This document shows positions 27,020 through 39,744 of a stretch of DNA of 64,000 nt, in pieces. Position 1 is the first letter of the stretch; each line of letters begins with the position of its first letter. The notes under the pieces were generated by a model. It did no database searches and was not told where the DNA came from. It worked only from the letters and a program-made list of their open reading frames with translations. The position numbers and the translations under genes were made by a program. Origin of the DNA: Mobula birostris (Eukaryota); the NCBI RefSeq assembly GCF_030028105.1, contig NC_092400.1:29966206-30030205 (forward strand), written 5' to 3'.

Positions 27020-27870
27020 ATGCGATTGCTGCAGAACTTAGACTAATTGGAAGAATGGGCAAAAAAGTGACAGATGGAAAGTACGATAATGCATTTTGGT
27101 GGAAGGAACAATAGTACAGTCAATTTTCTAAATGGGGAGAAGCTTCAAACATCAGAGGAGCAGGGGGACTTAGCAGTCCTCGTGCAAGTCTACCAGAAGG
27201 TTAATTTACAGGTTGAGTCTGTGGTAAAGAAGGCAAATGCAATTTAGCATTTATTTCAATGGGAAGAGAATATAAAAACAAGGAGATAATGCTGAGGCTT
27301 TATAAGATACCAGTCAGGCCACATTTGGTGTACTGTCAATAGTTTTGGGCCCCATATCTCAGAAAGGATGTGTTGTCATTGGAGAGAGTCCAGAGGAGGT
27401 TCACAAGGATGATTACGGGAATGAAGGGGTTAACATATGAGGACCATTTGGCAGCTTTGGGCCTGTACTCACTGGAATTTAGAAGAACATGTGGGGATCT
27501 CATTGAAACCCACTGAATGTTGAAGGGACTAGATATGTTGGATGTGGAGAAGATGTTTCCTGTGGTGGGGGTATCCAGAACTAGAGGGCACTGCCTCAAA
27601 ACTGAGGGGCAACCTTTTAGAACAGAGGTAAGGAGGGAGTTTTTAGCCAGAGGGTAGTAAGTCTGTGGAATGCTCTGCCACAGACTGCAGTGAAAGACAA
27701 GTCCGTAGATATATCTTAGGCAGAAGTTGATTGTTTCCTGTAGGGCATCAAAGGAATGGCAAGAAGGCAGGTGTGTGGGGTTGATTGGGATCCAGGATCA
27801 GCCATGGTGAAACAGCAGTGCAGACTTGATGGGCTGAATGGCCTAATTCTACTCCTATGTCTTCTGGTGT
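27020..27870 (+). mobile_element. CR1-clade LINE 3' fragment
   Basis: ggagagagtccagaggaggttcacaaggatgatt (LERVQRRFTRMI) and the typical CR1 3' end. Confidence 0.85.
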
Positions 27871-27983
27871 AGTCTGCATGTTGATTCAGTCAAATTATGT
27901 TAAATGCATAAATTGTTGACATTCCAGACCATTTCAGTAGGTTCTCTGCAGGCAAGGAATTATTCCACAAACTTCCCAAGTGG

Positions 27984-28102
27984 TTAAAAGGAAAAAGAAA
28001 CTCTCAGAGTACGGATTTGGGAAATTACAGGATAGGGTACATCTAGTGTTGGCTGTTCCATGTCACATAAGGAGACGGCAGAATTAGTTGAAGCAGAAAC
28101 TG
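27984..28102 (-). other. Candidate alternative terminal coding exon of tmem17a (AVSASTNSAVSLCDMEQPTLDVPYPVISQIRTLRVSFSF*)
   Basis: NAGNAG acceptor ttttcaactttcag|cag; phase 1 open to TAA. Confidence 0.25.
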
Positions 28103-28444
28103 CTGAAAGTTGAAAAATGATTACTACCCAAAAGATAAACTTTACCACGACTGAGTTATCCAAACGTAAATGGTTCACAATAAAGAGTAACAGTCTTAAA
28201 CTACATGACAAGATACATCGAGTCATAGAAAACTGCAGCACAGGCACTTCAGCACATCCAGTCTGTGCCAAATCATTTAAACCGCCCCGTCCTATTGACC
28301 TGCACCCAGACCATACCAATGGAGAAGCATGGTGTTAATGGACAGTCAACAAGGGCTACACAGCTTTGGTAAGCAAACATACGATCAATGGGGATTTAGA
28401 GTGAGAGGTACAATATCTACATGGCAGTCAGAGCAGGTGATGTA

Positions 28445-28972
28445 GTCAAGACCAGAAGATGTAGGAGAAATAGGCCATTTGGCCCATCGAGTCTGCTCTG
28501 CCATTCAATCGTGGGCTGATCCAATTCTTCCAGTCATCCCCATTGCCCTGTTTTCACCCCATACCCTTTGATGCCCTGGCTAATCAAGAACCTATCTGTC
28601 TCTGCCTTAAATGCACCCAATGACTTGGCCTCCACAGCTGCTCATGGCAACAAATTCCACAGATTTACCACCCTCTGACTAAAGTAATTTCCCCGCATCT
28701 CAGTTCTAAAAGCATGTCCTTCAGTCCTGAAGCCATGCCCTCTTGTCCTAGACTCCCCTACCATGGGAAATAACTTTGCCATACCTAATCTGTTCAGGCC
28801 TTTTAACATTCGGAATGCTTCTATGAGATCCCCCCTCATTCTCCTGAACTCCAGGGAATACAGCCCAAGAGCTGCCAGACGTTCCTCATATAGTAAACCT
28901 TTCATTCCTGGAATCATTCTCGTGAATCTTCTCTGAACCCTCTCCAATCTCAGTACATACTTTCTAAAATAA
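28445..28972 (-). mobile_element. CR1-clade LINE 3' fragment
   Basis: LERVQRRFTRMIPGMKGLLYEERLAALGLYSLEFRRMRGDLIE...FSQRVVNLWN. Confidence 0.9.
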
Positions 28973-29104
28973 GTTGGAAAATGAAGTTTGGTTAACACCT
29001 CACCTGTGGATTTACTGGCATCATCTATTGTGTCTAATGCTCCTGATGTGGCCTCCTTTGCGTTGGTGAGATGTGTTGTAAATTGGGGGATCATTTCATC
29101 GAGC

Positions 29105-29835
29105 ACCTCTGCTCCATCTGCTAAACGTGGAACTTACCATTAAAATTTTTGATTCCCATTCCCGTTCCGGCATGTCATCCATGGCCTCCTCGTGTGCCAA
29201 GATGAGGCCACCCTCAGGGTGGAGGAGCAACACCTTATATTCTGTTTGGGTAGCCTCCAACCTGGATGCATGAATATTGATTGTCCCTCCCCTTCCCCCT
29301 TTCCTCTATTCCCTGCTTATCACCTCCCCCTGGGTTCTCTCCTCCTTCACTTTCCCCTATGGTCCACTCTCCTCTCCTATCACATTCCTTCCTCTCCAGC
29401 CCTTGACCTTTCTCACCCACTAGGTTTCATCTATCACCTTCTGGCTATCCTCCTTTCCCTCCCTCCACTTTTTTATTCTTGTGTCTTCCCCATTCCATTT
29501 CCTGAAGAAGGGTCTCGGCCCAAAACATAAACTATTTATTCATTTCCAAACATGCTGCCTGACCTGCTGAATTCCTCCAGCATTTCACAAACAAGGGAAA
29601 ATCTGCAGATGCTGGAAATCCGAGCAACACACACAAAGTGCTGGAGGAACTCAGCAGGCCAAATAGCATCTATGGAAAAAGTACAGTCGACGTTTCGGGC
29701 CAAAACTTTTCAGCAGGACTAGCCTGAAAATGCCGACTGTACTTTTTTCCATAGATGCTGCCTGGCTAGCTAAGTTCCTCCAGCATTTTGTGTGTTGCTT
29801 TGGACTTCCAGCATCTGCAAACTTCATCGTGTTTA
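29105..29835. mobile_element. Cluster of Penelope-derived fragments in alternating orientation
   Basis: EEQHLIFCLGSLQPGCMNID; inverted copies at ~29600-29700 and 29725-29825. Confidence 0.7.
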
Positions 29836-30043
29836 AGTATGGTTCAGACTGACTTGAAGAATTATCATTCACAGCAACTGCCATTTAAGTTAGAGGTCTG
29901 TGAGTGGAATAGTGATTTGTAATTGTAGTGACGGTATCAGCAGAAAGTATTATTCACAATGAAAGTATGTTATTTCATTACATGATTCTGGCTATCCATT
30001 TCACTGTGGATTTGAACCACTATCAGAGACAGGGACAGTTATC

Positions 30044-30231
30044 TTAGTAAGATATTGCTCCCAAACAAGACAGAATCAGTTTACAGGCAGTACTGGCATT
30101 TGTTCTTTCACTTATATGTGACTGATGGATACTTTCTAGAGGAACACTGCCTTGTTTCTCTGATTTCTGTGTCTTAGGCCAATGCACTGGATTCTCCATT
30201 TTCTTCTCCTTTGTCACAAATTTCACAAAGA
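30044..30231 (-). other. Candidate alternative downstream coding exon of tmem17a (VFVKFVTKEKKMENPVHW...)
   Basis: Long polypyrimidine tract ctctttcccccttctctcactcaacacattgacag|; phase 1 open for 62 codons, compatible with internal donor CTG|GTATTT at 31140. Confidence 0.35.
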
Positions 30232-31101
30232 CTGTCAATGTGTTGAGTGAGAGAAGGGGGAAAGAGATGCAAAAGTATCTTTGTGTTTAGATATGAACAA
30301 AGAGTTGATAAGAATAACCAATGATACTAACCTCCAGTAACCTGTTCTCAAATATTTACATATATTTCCATACATTTACATCAGAGTTGGTGTGCTCCAG
30401 CAGGGGCGGTGTGCAATGGTATCCGGCTGGAGATAGCGCTGCTCCCCCGTATTCGCTCGGCCAAAGACAAGCTGCATTGTGGTGGACCGCAGATTTCTGC
30501 AGCTCGGGTCAGGATTCTTATCGCATGGCTGTACCTTACTACACTTGCTATCTTGTACATGCTTTGTGCCATATGTGGCTGTTGGTACTGTGTTTTGCAC
30601 CATGTCCCCTGGGTAACACTGTCTCGTTTGGCTGTATCAGCGATATTTATGTGAGGTTGAAGACAATTAAACTTGAATTGAATTGAATTTACGTATTGGT
30701 GACACACCTCTTAGGTCTAAAATAGCAGTCAATGCATGGAATCATACAGGAAGATATTGGATAAAGGAAGGAAACTTGGAAAATGTCTGTGATATACAAA
30801 GAAAAAAAAATCATAAATGCAATGCAAAGAATTTAATGCTAATGAAAATTTCCCACAAAGGAATAATCTTATATAAAAAATTCTTGGGTCAATTATTCTA
30901 CTAACAACATAGATTCATATTTCTTCATGCAATTCAGTACAGATCAGGTGATGAAATATTCTTTATTACTCTGGAGAGGTCAATGTTGCTACAACAGGTG
31001 GCTTTTACCTGAGAAATGGCAAAGAAGCCTGGATCTCCACATGGTGGCAATGCCAACTGGATCAATTGTAAGAGTTAATGCATTTGAAAGTCCTTGGCCC
31101 A

Positions 31102-31401
31102 CTACACAAGGAAAATAGAACCGCTCCCAAATGAAATACCAGTTTCTTGACTTCTTTTGTGCCGTTGAGGATACTCTGGCTCCTGAAACTGTTGGAGGTA
31201 GAAGCGTTTTGTTAGGTGATTCGTCATTTCCCTTAGGGCCCGGAATCCCAGAACCAACTCAAAAACCAGGAATATGGAGTAGATAATATTCATACCCCTT
31301 TCCAGGGGTAGGATGATGATGGATTCATCGGTGAGGAGGAACAAAATGATGGGTAGCTGGATGACAAAGGACAGCAACCAAAATCCAGCTAACTCTGGCA
31401 G
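31102..31401 (-). CDS. tmem17a: TMEM17A-like transmembrane protein, exon 4 (last)
   Basis: cttttcatcctacag|LPELAGFWLLSFVIQLPIILFLLTDESIIILPLERGMNIIY...LREMTNHLTKRFYLQQF; matches TMEM17 VPELAGFWLLS..LQLPLILFLL; TAG at 31102-31104. Confidence 0.92.
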   Translation of the reverse strand: MPELAGFWLLSFVIQLPIILFLLTDESIIILPLERGMNIIYSIFLVFELVLGFRALREMTNHLTKRFYLQQFQEPEYPQRHKRSQETGISFGSGSIFLV

Positions 31402-31781
31402 CTGTAGGATGAAAAGAAGAATTTGAGAAGGTAAGAAATATAAGCAGGAATCTATGTTTTTTCCATCACTCAGTAAGATCAGGGCTGATATTGTAACTTA
31501 GTGCCACTTTCTCACATTAACTCTATATCCTTTAATTTCCAGTATATCTAAATCCTAATGAGATGAACAAAAACACATGCACACTAGTAATGTCTATTGT
31601 TTTTAAATAAGATTAAAGGGTTCTCTTACTGCAACAAGCAGTAGGGGAATCAAATATAAATTCATGTAAACAAACTGAATATATTGGAGGAACAAAGTTC
31701 AGAGTAAGTTTGTTATCAAAGTACGTTTGTACATATATGATACCACACTGAGATTCATTTTCTTGTGGGTGTTCACAATAA

Positions 31782-32574
31782 TGTTACGAACCCACAGGTT
31801 TTGTTTACTGTGGACTGTCGCTTTAAGCGCCTGAGTGAGGCAGGACTATGACATTAGTTACAGGCTGCTGCGAACTTAAACTCATATACAGAGAGCGACC
31901 TTCAGGGGGAGGGGGACAGGGAGGGGGAGAGGGAGACAGGGGAAACTGGTAGCTTCAGCTTGTGGCATCTGAGACTTGGAACCCTCTTATGCCCACAAGG
32001 GTGGGTTAAACATCGGCACGGAGTGCATAACGAATGTGTGACTGTCACTTCATACAATCCATAGGAGTGGATTTTTTGGGGTATCTTGTGGGACCACTTT
32101 TGTAGCCCTTGCCTGGGTATGTGGTGTGGTAAGCACTGGAGGACGATATTCCCGTGACAGGTCACTTTCAGTGATAATTCGTATGTGGATCTGGAATGGC
32201 ACGACGGACAAGATCTACGGTGACTATTATCTCATTTTACCATCGTGGAATCTGTGGAATACTTCGCACTTGCCTTTTCTCTACGTTTCACCTTGGGTTA
32301 CAAATATCTCTCTCCCATCATTTTATTTTGTGGATTACTGAACTTTGCTACTTTACCATCTCAAGACTCTAAACCTTGTTTCCCCCAAGCTCAATCATTT
32401 GGGAGTTATATTTACACACATATCTACACATAACATGTTAACTTTTGTTTATCTTGGTTAAGTTACTATATTATGAGTAGTTACTGATAAAGATAGTGGT
32501 TTTAACATCAAAACCAGACTTGGTGTGAAATCTCTTGCTGCTGATTTGTTTCTAAAACGTTACAGTTCGTAACA
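31782..32574 (+). mobile_element. Solo LTR (793 bp) in tmem17a intron 3
   Basis: TG...CA ends with perfect 10-bp inverted termini TGTTACGAAC/GTTCGTAACA; interrupts a LINE tail; TSD degenerate. Confidence 0.75.
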
Positions 32575-33107
32575 GTATACAAAAAAAGACACCATAGAAT
32601 GAATGAAAAAGTGCACACAACAGAAACAGACAAAAAAACCAATGTGCAAAAGACAACAAATTATGCAAATGCAAAGAAGAAAAAGTAAGTGATAAATATT
32701 GAGAACATGAGTTATATAGTCCTTGAAAGTGAGTCCATAGGTTGTGGAATTAGTTCAGTATTGGGGTGAATGACATTATCCTCTCTGGTTCAAAAGCCTG
32801 GTGGGGTGGGACCTAATGCTCCTGTTCCTGAGAAGAGGATGGAGGTCCTTGATGGTGCACGCTGACTTTTACGTGAGATGCCACTGGGAAACTTAGGAAG
32901 TTATTAAATAAGAACTTGTGTTTATAAAACATGCCAGGGAGCCAGAGAAAATAAATCTCATCTGAACTTTAACTGGGCTTTATTAGCGTATAGTTCAATC
33001 CAGGGAGCGCTTGCTGAAATAGCTGGAGCATTTATCCTTTGTGCCACAGGCTAAAGATGCAGATACAAAAAGCATTTACAAATAACTATGATTTATAATT
33101 TGCTTAC

Positions 33108-33221
33108 CTTTTCTTCCAAGTTTCCCATGTAGCCCAGACACAGACGAATACTTTCAGTCACTGTGATAATTATTACAGCAGCCAGCAGTAGCCATTGGTA
33201 GTATCCTGGCAATATGTTGTA
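33108..33221 (-). CDS. tmem17a: TMEM17A-like exon 3
   Basis: 114 bp, ag|YNILPGYYQWLLLAAVIIITVTESIRLCLGYMGNLEEK|gtaagc; family motif E.IRL.LGY.GNL.EK. Confidence 0.94.
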
Positions 33222-33359
33222 CTGGTTCAGGGAGGCAATGCGGAGCAACAAAAGTTAGGCACTAGAAAAACATTCTTTTCTATTTACTTTGCTCTATGAA
33301 TCAGGATTGAGAAGACTTTCAATCAGGTTTAACTACAAGGAAGAGAAACATCTACCCTG

Positions 33360-34390
33360 CAATATCAAAGTTGCTGGTGAACGCAGCAGGCCAGTCAGCA
33401 TCTCTAGGAAGAGGTACAGTCGACGTTTCGGGCCGAGACCCTTCGTCAGGACTAACTGAAGGAAGAGTTAGTAAGAGATTTGAAAGTGGGAGGGGGAGAG
33501 GGAGATCCAAAATGATAGGAGAAGACAGGAGGGGGAGGGATGGAGCCAAGAGCTGGACAGGTGATTGGCAAAAGGGATATGAGAGGATCATGGGACAGGA
33601 GGCCCAGGGAGAAGGAAAGTGGGGGGGGGAAGCCCAGAGGATGGGCAAGGGGTATAGTGGGAGGGACAGAGGGAGAAAAAGGAGAGAGAGAAAAAGAACG
33701 TGTGTATATAAATAAATAACAGATGGGGTACGAGGGGGAGGTGGGGCATTAGCGGAAGTTTGAGAAGTCAATGTTCATGCCATCAGGTTGGAGTCTACCC
33801 AGACGGAATACGCTCTGTCCGCCAGAGAAAGCAGGATCTCCCAGTGGCCACACATTTTAATTCCACATCCCATTCCCATTCTGACATGTCTATCCATGGC
33901 CTCCTCTACTGTCAAGATGAAGCCACACTTAGGTTGGAGGAACAACACCTTATATTCCGTCTGGGTAGCCTCCAACCTGATGGCATGACTATCCGTTATT
34001 TATATACACACATTCTTTCTCTCACTCTCGTTTTTCTCCCTCTGTCCCTCTCACTATACCCCTTGCCCATCCTCTGGGTCCTCCTCCCCCTTTTCCTTCT
34101 CCCTGGGCCTCCTGTCCCATGATCCTCTCATACCCCTTTTGCCAATCAACTTTCCAGCTCTTGGCTCCATCCCTCCCCCTCCTGTCTTCTCCTATCATTT
34201 CGGATCTCCCCCTCCCCCTCCCACTTTCAAATCTCTTACTAACTCTTCCTTCAATTAGTCCTGACAAAGGGTCTCGGCCCGAAACATCAACTGTACCTCT
34301 TCCTAGAGATGCTGCCTGGCCTGCTGCATTCACCAGCAACTTTGATGTGTGTTGCTTGAATTTCCAGCATCTGCAGAATTCGTGTTGTTT
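33360..34390. mobile_element. Penelope-like element with inverted structure (minus 3' end joined to plus GIY-YIG C-terminus and 3' end)
   Basis: 33361-33722 is the reverse complement of ~33991-34345; PVATHFNSTSHSH...LGSLQPDGM on + strand. Confidence 0.85.
33418..33453 (-). ncRNA. Minimal type I hammerhead ribozyme motif in the Penelope 3' repeat
   Basis: AGUC-CUGACGA-A-GGG UCUCGG CCC-GAAAC-GUC^GACU: intact core boxes, stem I AGUC/GACU, 3-bp stem II, palindromic minimal stem III. Confidence 0.7.
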
Positions 34391-35167
34391 ACCCTGCAAT
34401 ATACTTTGTTTCTGCATTGGGACAATCAACAACTCTGTTGTTAACTGACCTAAGAACTGTGTCTTCATGGCCCTTGTCAGCCCTCCCATCATTTCAGATT
34501 TTATCTCACCCTCTCCCATTCACCACCCTATTATCCCTTTCCTTAACCTTTGAGATCTTTTTCAATTGCCTAGTCCCGCATCCCACCCCTTCCAGTCACT
34601 GAGGCTGAGTTTTTCTACATTTGGTTCTTAGTTCTCTCTTAACTTGAAGGACTTTTACCCTCCATCCAATGATTTCACCCAGTGTCTGGAAATTCAGAAT
34701 GGATATTGGGTAAGTTTCTGAATGGTTCTGTTGCTGATGATAGTGTTGGACTTTTAAATACTCAACAACATATCTTCAGTCAATGGAGAGAAATAAGTAA
34801 TTTCTAAAGGTAACTACATTCTGCTGACTATATTTTCTGGAGCAATTGCCATGTTGTTGGAGTTCCAATCATGAATTCTGTTTGCTGCAGCTAAAATAGC
34901 CCCTGTAATCTGTTTGCAGGAGACCACCATTTCAATTATCACTTCCCCTTGGTATCAAGGATCACTGCATCCCACTCCAGTATTGGGGGCACAGAGGTGC
35001 AGAGTGAGGTCAATATGGGGCCTCTTTATGTTTAAATGAAATCCATTTGTTGATTGAGCAGGCTTTGCAAAGGAGAATATTAACTATGAGTTCTGCTATA
35101 AATTCAATGATCTTAAAACTTGTTGATTGTGTTAATGATGTCAATAATATTTACAACAAACTCTCAC

Positions 35168-35271
35168 CTTAAGATGGATCATAACCACTTCTGACACCCA
35201 CCAGAATGGAAAGAAGATGGCATTGAAATACAGTGCCATCTGTAAAGGGAGGCTGGACACTGTCTCATTAA
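35168..35271 (-). CDS. tmem17a: TMEM17A-like exon 2
   Basis: 104 bp, ttaacag|(V)NETVSSLPLQMALYFNAIFFPFWWVSEVVMIHLK|gtgaga; family motif SSL.LQM.LYFN. Confidence 0.94.
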
Positions 35272-36049
35272 CTGTTAAGAGAAAATAATGAATATCCAAA
35301 CATCTTTTATCGTGCTAATTAGCAGACAAATTTATTAAGCCAAAATAAATTTATACATAAATCCCAATATATACTAATTTGGCATTAATTGTATATGAAA
35401 AAATATCAGTGAAGTTGGTGAAAATGTGACAAGCAACCAGTAATAATAATCAACATAATTCTTATCCTGTACTTAGCTTCTCAATCCATTTAATAATCTT
35501 TTCAATTGTTCAATTTAATATCAGAAAATGTATACAGTATACAACTTGTAAACCTTACTCTTCGCAAACAACCTGAAATTCTTATTTTTCGCAGACATCC
35601 ATGAAACAGAAAAACCCCAAAGAATGAATGACAGAAAAATGAACCCTTGCATGCACAAGCAACAGTGAAAGCATCAACCTCCCCCCCGCCCCCCGCCGAC
35701 TATCCACCATCCAAGCAATAGCAAAACCCCCAGAGACCATGGCTTAGAGTCCATCAAAGCAAAACTGCTGTCCATCCCCAACACTTGGGCATCTCACATC
35801 TTCTACAATCAAATTATTTTCATAAATATATTTGTATTCTGTTATATAAACAAAAACTTATAAGCAGTAGGCCATTGAACTGATATTCTCCTTTAACATG
35901 CATATTATTAATATATTTTAAAATTTAGTTTTCTGAGACAGTGTGTTAACTGATGATCATGCATCCTTCAACCAACATCACCATGAGCGGATTTTCTAAA
36001 ATTTTGCCATTAATGGAGATAAATTTGCAACATCTTGTGATCAACCAAG

Positions 36050-36500
36050 TACAGCATCCACATCAAGGTGAAGCTGTGTTCTATCCACACTCTTTTATGG
36101 GTCAGAATGCTAGCACATGACAGAGAGTGACCTTGCCAAGCTGTCGTCATTCCACACCACGGGCCTCCAGAAGATCCTCTGTATTTTCCGTCCAAAGAAG
36201 ATCTCCAACCACGCTCTAGTCCTTCAGTGTCACCAAGAGAGCATGAACACAATCGTCATGAGGAAATGCTGGAGATGGATTGGGCATGAGATGTGAAGAG
36301 AGGTCAATTCCATCATCAAGACAGCATTTCATTGGACTGAAGGAAACGCGGGAGACCAAAGACTTGGCGCCGTACCATAGAGGCAGAAATGAGAACCCTG
36401 AGCCACACCTGAGGCACAATAGAGAAGATGTTCAAGGACAGAGATGGTGGACCTTCACCACTGCCCTAAGCACCAGCAGCGTAACAGGCAGTAAGTAAGT
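36050..36500 (+). mobile_element. RTE-clade LINE 3' fragment
   Basis: Decayed RTE C-terminus (ggagaccaaagacttggcgccgtac) ending in (gtaa)n. Confidence 0.65.
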
Positions 36501-37321
36501 GTGGAGATAAATTGATTATTGATTTTGTCAATGAAGCAATCACAACTACAATTTAGAATTAAATGATCTGTGTCATACCAACAGAAGACAATTATAAATA
36601 TAAGTATGTAGTTCTTGCACTTCAATATACAGCATCTACTGACTTTCTCATGTTTATGATTTGCTGCTTCACTGTGAAGTCTTGAGGGATGCCTACCCTG
36701 AAGAAGTTTAAATCTTCTCTTTGACGGCAGTTCAGGGAAACCCTCTCTCACTGCTCCCCCTCTGTGATCTCTGCTGCTCTCCGACTCCTTGCTTCACCTA
36801 TCACCTTCCAGCCAGCCTCTTTCCCCTCCTCCCTTCCCTCTCAGTTCTGAAGAAACATCTTGGCCCGAAATGTTGACTGTATACTCTTTTCCATAGATGC
36901 TACCTGGCCTGCTGAGTTCCTCCAGCAATTTGTGTGTGATATCCATGTAAAGGTGTATCTAATTTATAAAGCATTGCTGTATTCACAAGTTCTCTTTCCA
37001 AATTCAGTGTTCCACCATAAACTCTCCATAAAACGTAAAAGGATCTTTGGTAGCTCATGGTTTATATATATTACATCTTTATATTGGGGCACTCGTGCTT
37101 TGAGGATTGGAGTTATTGCCAGCATTTACAATTTTTGGATTGTTAATGTCATGTCCACGCATGGGAGTTGGCTGTAAACACTCTTAATTATTCTTTATAT
37201 CTTGTTAGAAAAATTCACTCTGTGTTGTGTAGGTTTGGTCATCGTTATGAAACAGTTGAACACATCCTATTACAATGTGAAGCATATAAGGTTGAAAGAA
37301 ATCAATTGTAGGCCTCACTAC

Positions 37322-37712
37322 TTTTTTTAGATTATGAGAACACTCAGTCCTCTTTTATTGTCATTTAGAAATGCATACATGCATTAAGAAATGATACAAT
37401 GTTTCTCCGGAGTGATATCACAGAAAACAGGACAGACCAAAGACTAACACTGACAGAACCACATAATTATAACATATAGTTACAGCAGTGCAAAGCAATA
37501 CCATAATTTGATGAAGAACAGACTATGGGCACAGTAAAAAAAGAAGTCTCAAAGTCCCCGAGTCGATCGACTCCCGAGTCCCCGATAGCCGGCGGCAAAA
37601 GGAAGAAACTCCCTGCCATAAACCTCCAGGCACCGTCAACTTGCCAATGCCTTGGAAGCAGAGGACCACAGCCGACACTGAGTCCATCCATCTGAAAACT
37701 TTGAGCTTCCTA
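37322..37712 (-). mobile_element. Non-LTR retroelement 3' fragment
   Basis: AATAAA and A-tail on the minus strand; CpG-rich body in an AT-rich intron. Confidence 0.5.
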
Positions 37713-39150
37713 AGTTTCTTTGACGGTTGATAGTTTTCATTTAAAATCTTAATTAAGTTATGGAATTGACTTTAATTTAATTCACAGTAATGTCTTTCAT
37801 TACTTACAATCTACTTTTTGGGGTAATTTAGTTTTCATTTGATAAAGAATTAGTATGGGTTTTATTTTCCAATTCTGTACACCTAATGCACCATTAAGTT
37901 GGACTGCCAACTGCAATTAAAAGTTAGAAGAAGAAGATTTGCTCTCGAGTGACTGCAGGTATGCCAAGAAGTATTTAGACTATTGCCAGAATTGGTCCTC
38001 GTGGCAGTCAGCAGTAAAACAAAGAAGCTTGCTGCTGAGCATGGGCAAAGCTGCTCACAAAAGCCAAGTGATTACTGTGATTGATTTCTTCTCATTTCCA
38101 GTGCTGTTCTCTATTTGTTATTCAAAGCGATTGCTGGTGTCCACCAACTGTGATTTCATCAAGCAGTTTGAGCAACCATGAACCATTCTCGCAGGTTGCG
38201 GCAAAACAAACAAAGAGAGCAACGTTTTGGGCTAATATTTTCCAGTAAAAGGTTGAAATGCATGTGGATAATTAAAGTAGAATGTGAACTTGAAATTTGA
38301 GCTGAAATAATACCTTTAAAAAAAAACAGATGGAGTTACAATCAACAGATGTGTTTTTGAGGGCCACGAACTCTGTCAAACAGTAATTATGATTTATGGT
38401 AACTATGATTAGTTCACCAATAAAAACTCACTTACATGTCTTGTATAGACGAATCAGGACTTTGCAATACCACTAGTATTTAAACACTTAATTTTTCTTG
38501 TCAGTTTAATTCATCTGTCCTAGATTGTACTTGTGTAAACTGTTATGGTATGCACCCCACTGCACTAGCCTCCAGGATTTAGACGTTCCCATTCTCCTGA
38601 GTATGGATAGCTGGCAGAGTCCCTTTAAAAATTCTGGCCTGCTCCACTAATTGGTGGCCATGTTTTGGTGCCAAGATTTGGATATTTAAAGAGCATCTGG
38701 ATCGTAAGTTCAGACCTCAATCGCCAGCTCAGCTTTGGTTCAGTCTGCGATTGCGTTTAGGATTTCTGTCTCGTTGGATTCTCGTCTCAGTCTCGAAATT
38801 GTCTCCAATACTCCAGCACTTGGGGCCTTACCATCCTTGTCTAGGCCTCTCATCACAGAAAACTGTGTACATAAATAACAGTGGCTTTATAATTTCCATA
38901 TTAAACTATCAAAATCACAAAGATGTTGTCAGTCTTTTTTTGTAATGTCAGATGTTTGACCGTCATTACAGCCACAAAATCCAGACCATTATGAAGGAGG
39001 TAAGGAGATCCCTATTAAAGTGTTAAGTATTTACTTATCTTTGGATTTTTCATTACATTGTGCATGGCAGTTCCTCCTATACACCGGCATTTTCAAAGGT
39101 TGTGTTGAAAAACTACATTTCTCAGTTGGATGTTTCAAAAAATGTCTTAC

Positions 39151-39268
39151 CTGGGATATTGTTGAATGCATCGCCACAGTCTCGAGTTTTATTGCTGATA
39201 AAAAGAGTACCAGTGAGATTGGTCAGATTCTGTCTGATATTATGAGGCAGAGAAGAGTGCAGAGACAT
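39151..39268 (-). CDS. tmem17a: TMEM17A-like exon 1 (coding part)
   Basis: MSLHSSLPHNIRQNLTNLTGTLFISNKTRDCGDAFNNIP+G|gtaaga; phase 1 joins exon 2; total CDS 118+104+114+300=636 nt (211 aa). Confidence 0.88.
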
Positions 39269-39744
39269 AACTGTTTGAAGGAGGATCTACTCTGCCTGCA
39301 TCAAATCCTTTAAGATCCCACTACCATCTGCTTAGATACGCTAATCCTTCAATAGAAGCGTAGAAAGATGAAAAAGGCATCAACGCTACACATTCAATGA
39401 AATAATTTTCTGTACAGACTTTACAATGTTCAGCTAATTATTTGCTATTTTAAATTATTCCAGCTAATTTCTATTTATAAACCTTCCACAAAACAATGTC
39501 ATACCCATTATTTTTGGAATTTTATAAAATGTTAAACATAATCACATGGAATAATTTTCAAATTTATACATCATATTTATTATTAAGAAGCTCCAGTGAC
39601 CAAGTGTACTAAGTTTAAGGAGTTATTAAGAAATATATTTATAAAATTTTCACTAAAGCCTCTGAAGCAAGTAATGCATGATTTAGTATAATTGGAGATT
39701 TCTCCTGTTGATTATTTCAGCCGGTAATTTAACTTGTGGATCAG

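Noticed and set aside
38434-38472. Strong donor CAT|GTAAGT first considered as tmem17a exon 1
   Set aside because: No TMEM17 similarity; 39151-39268 supplies the homologous N-terminus in the correct phase
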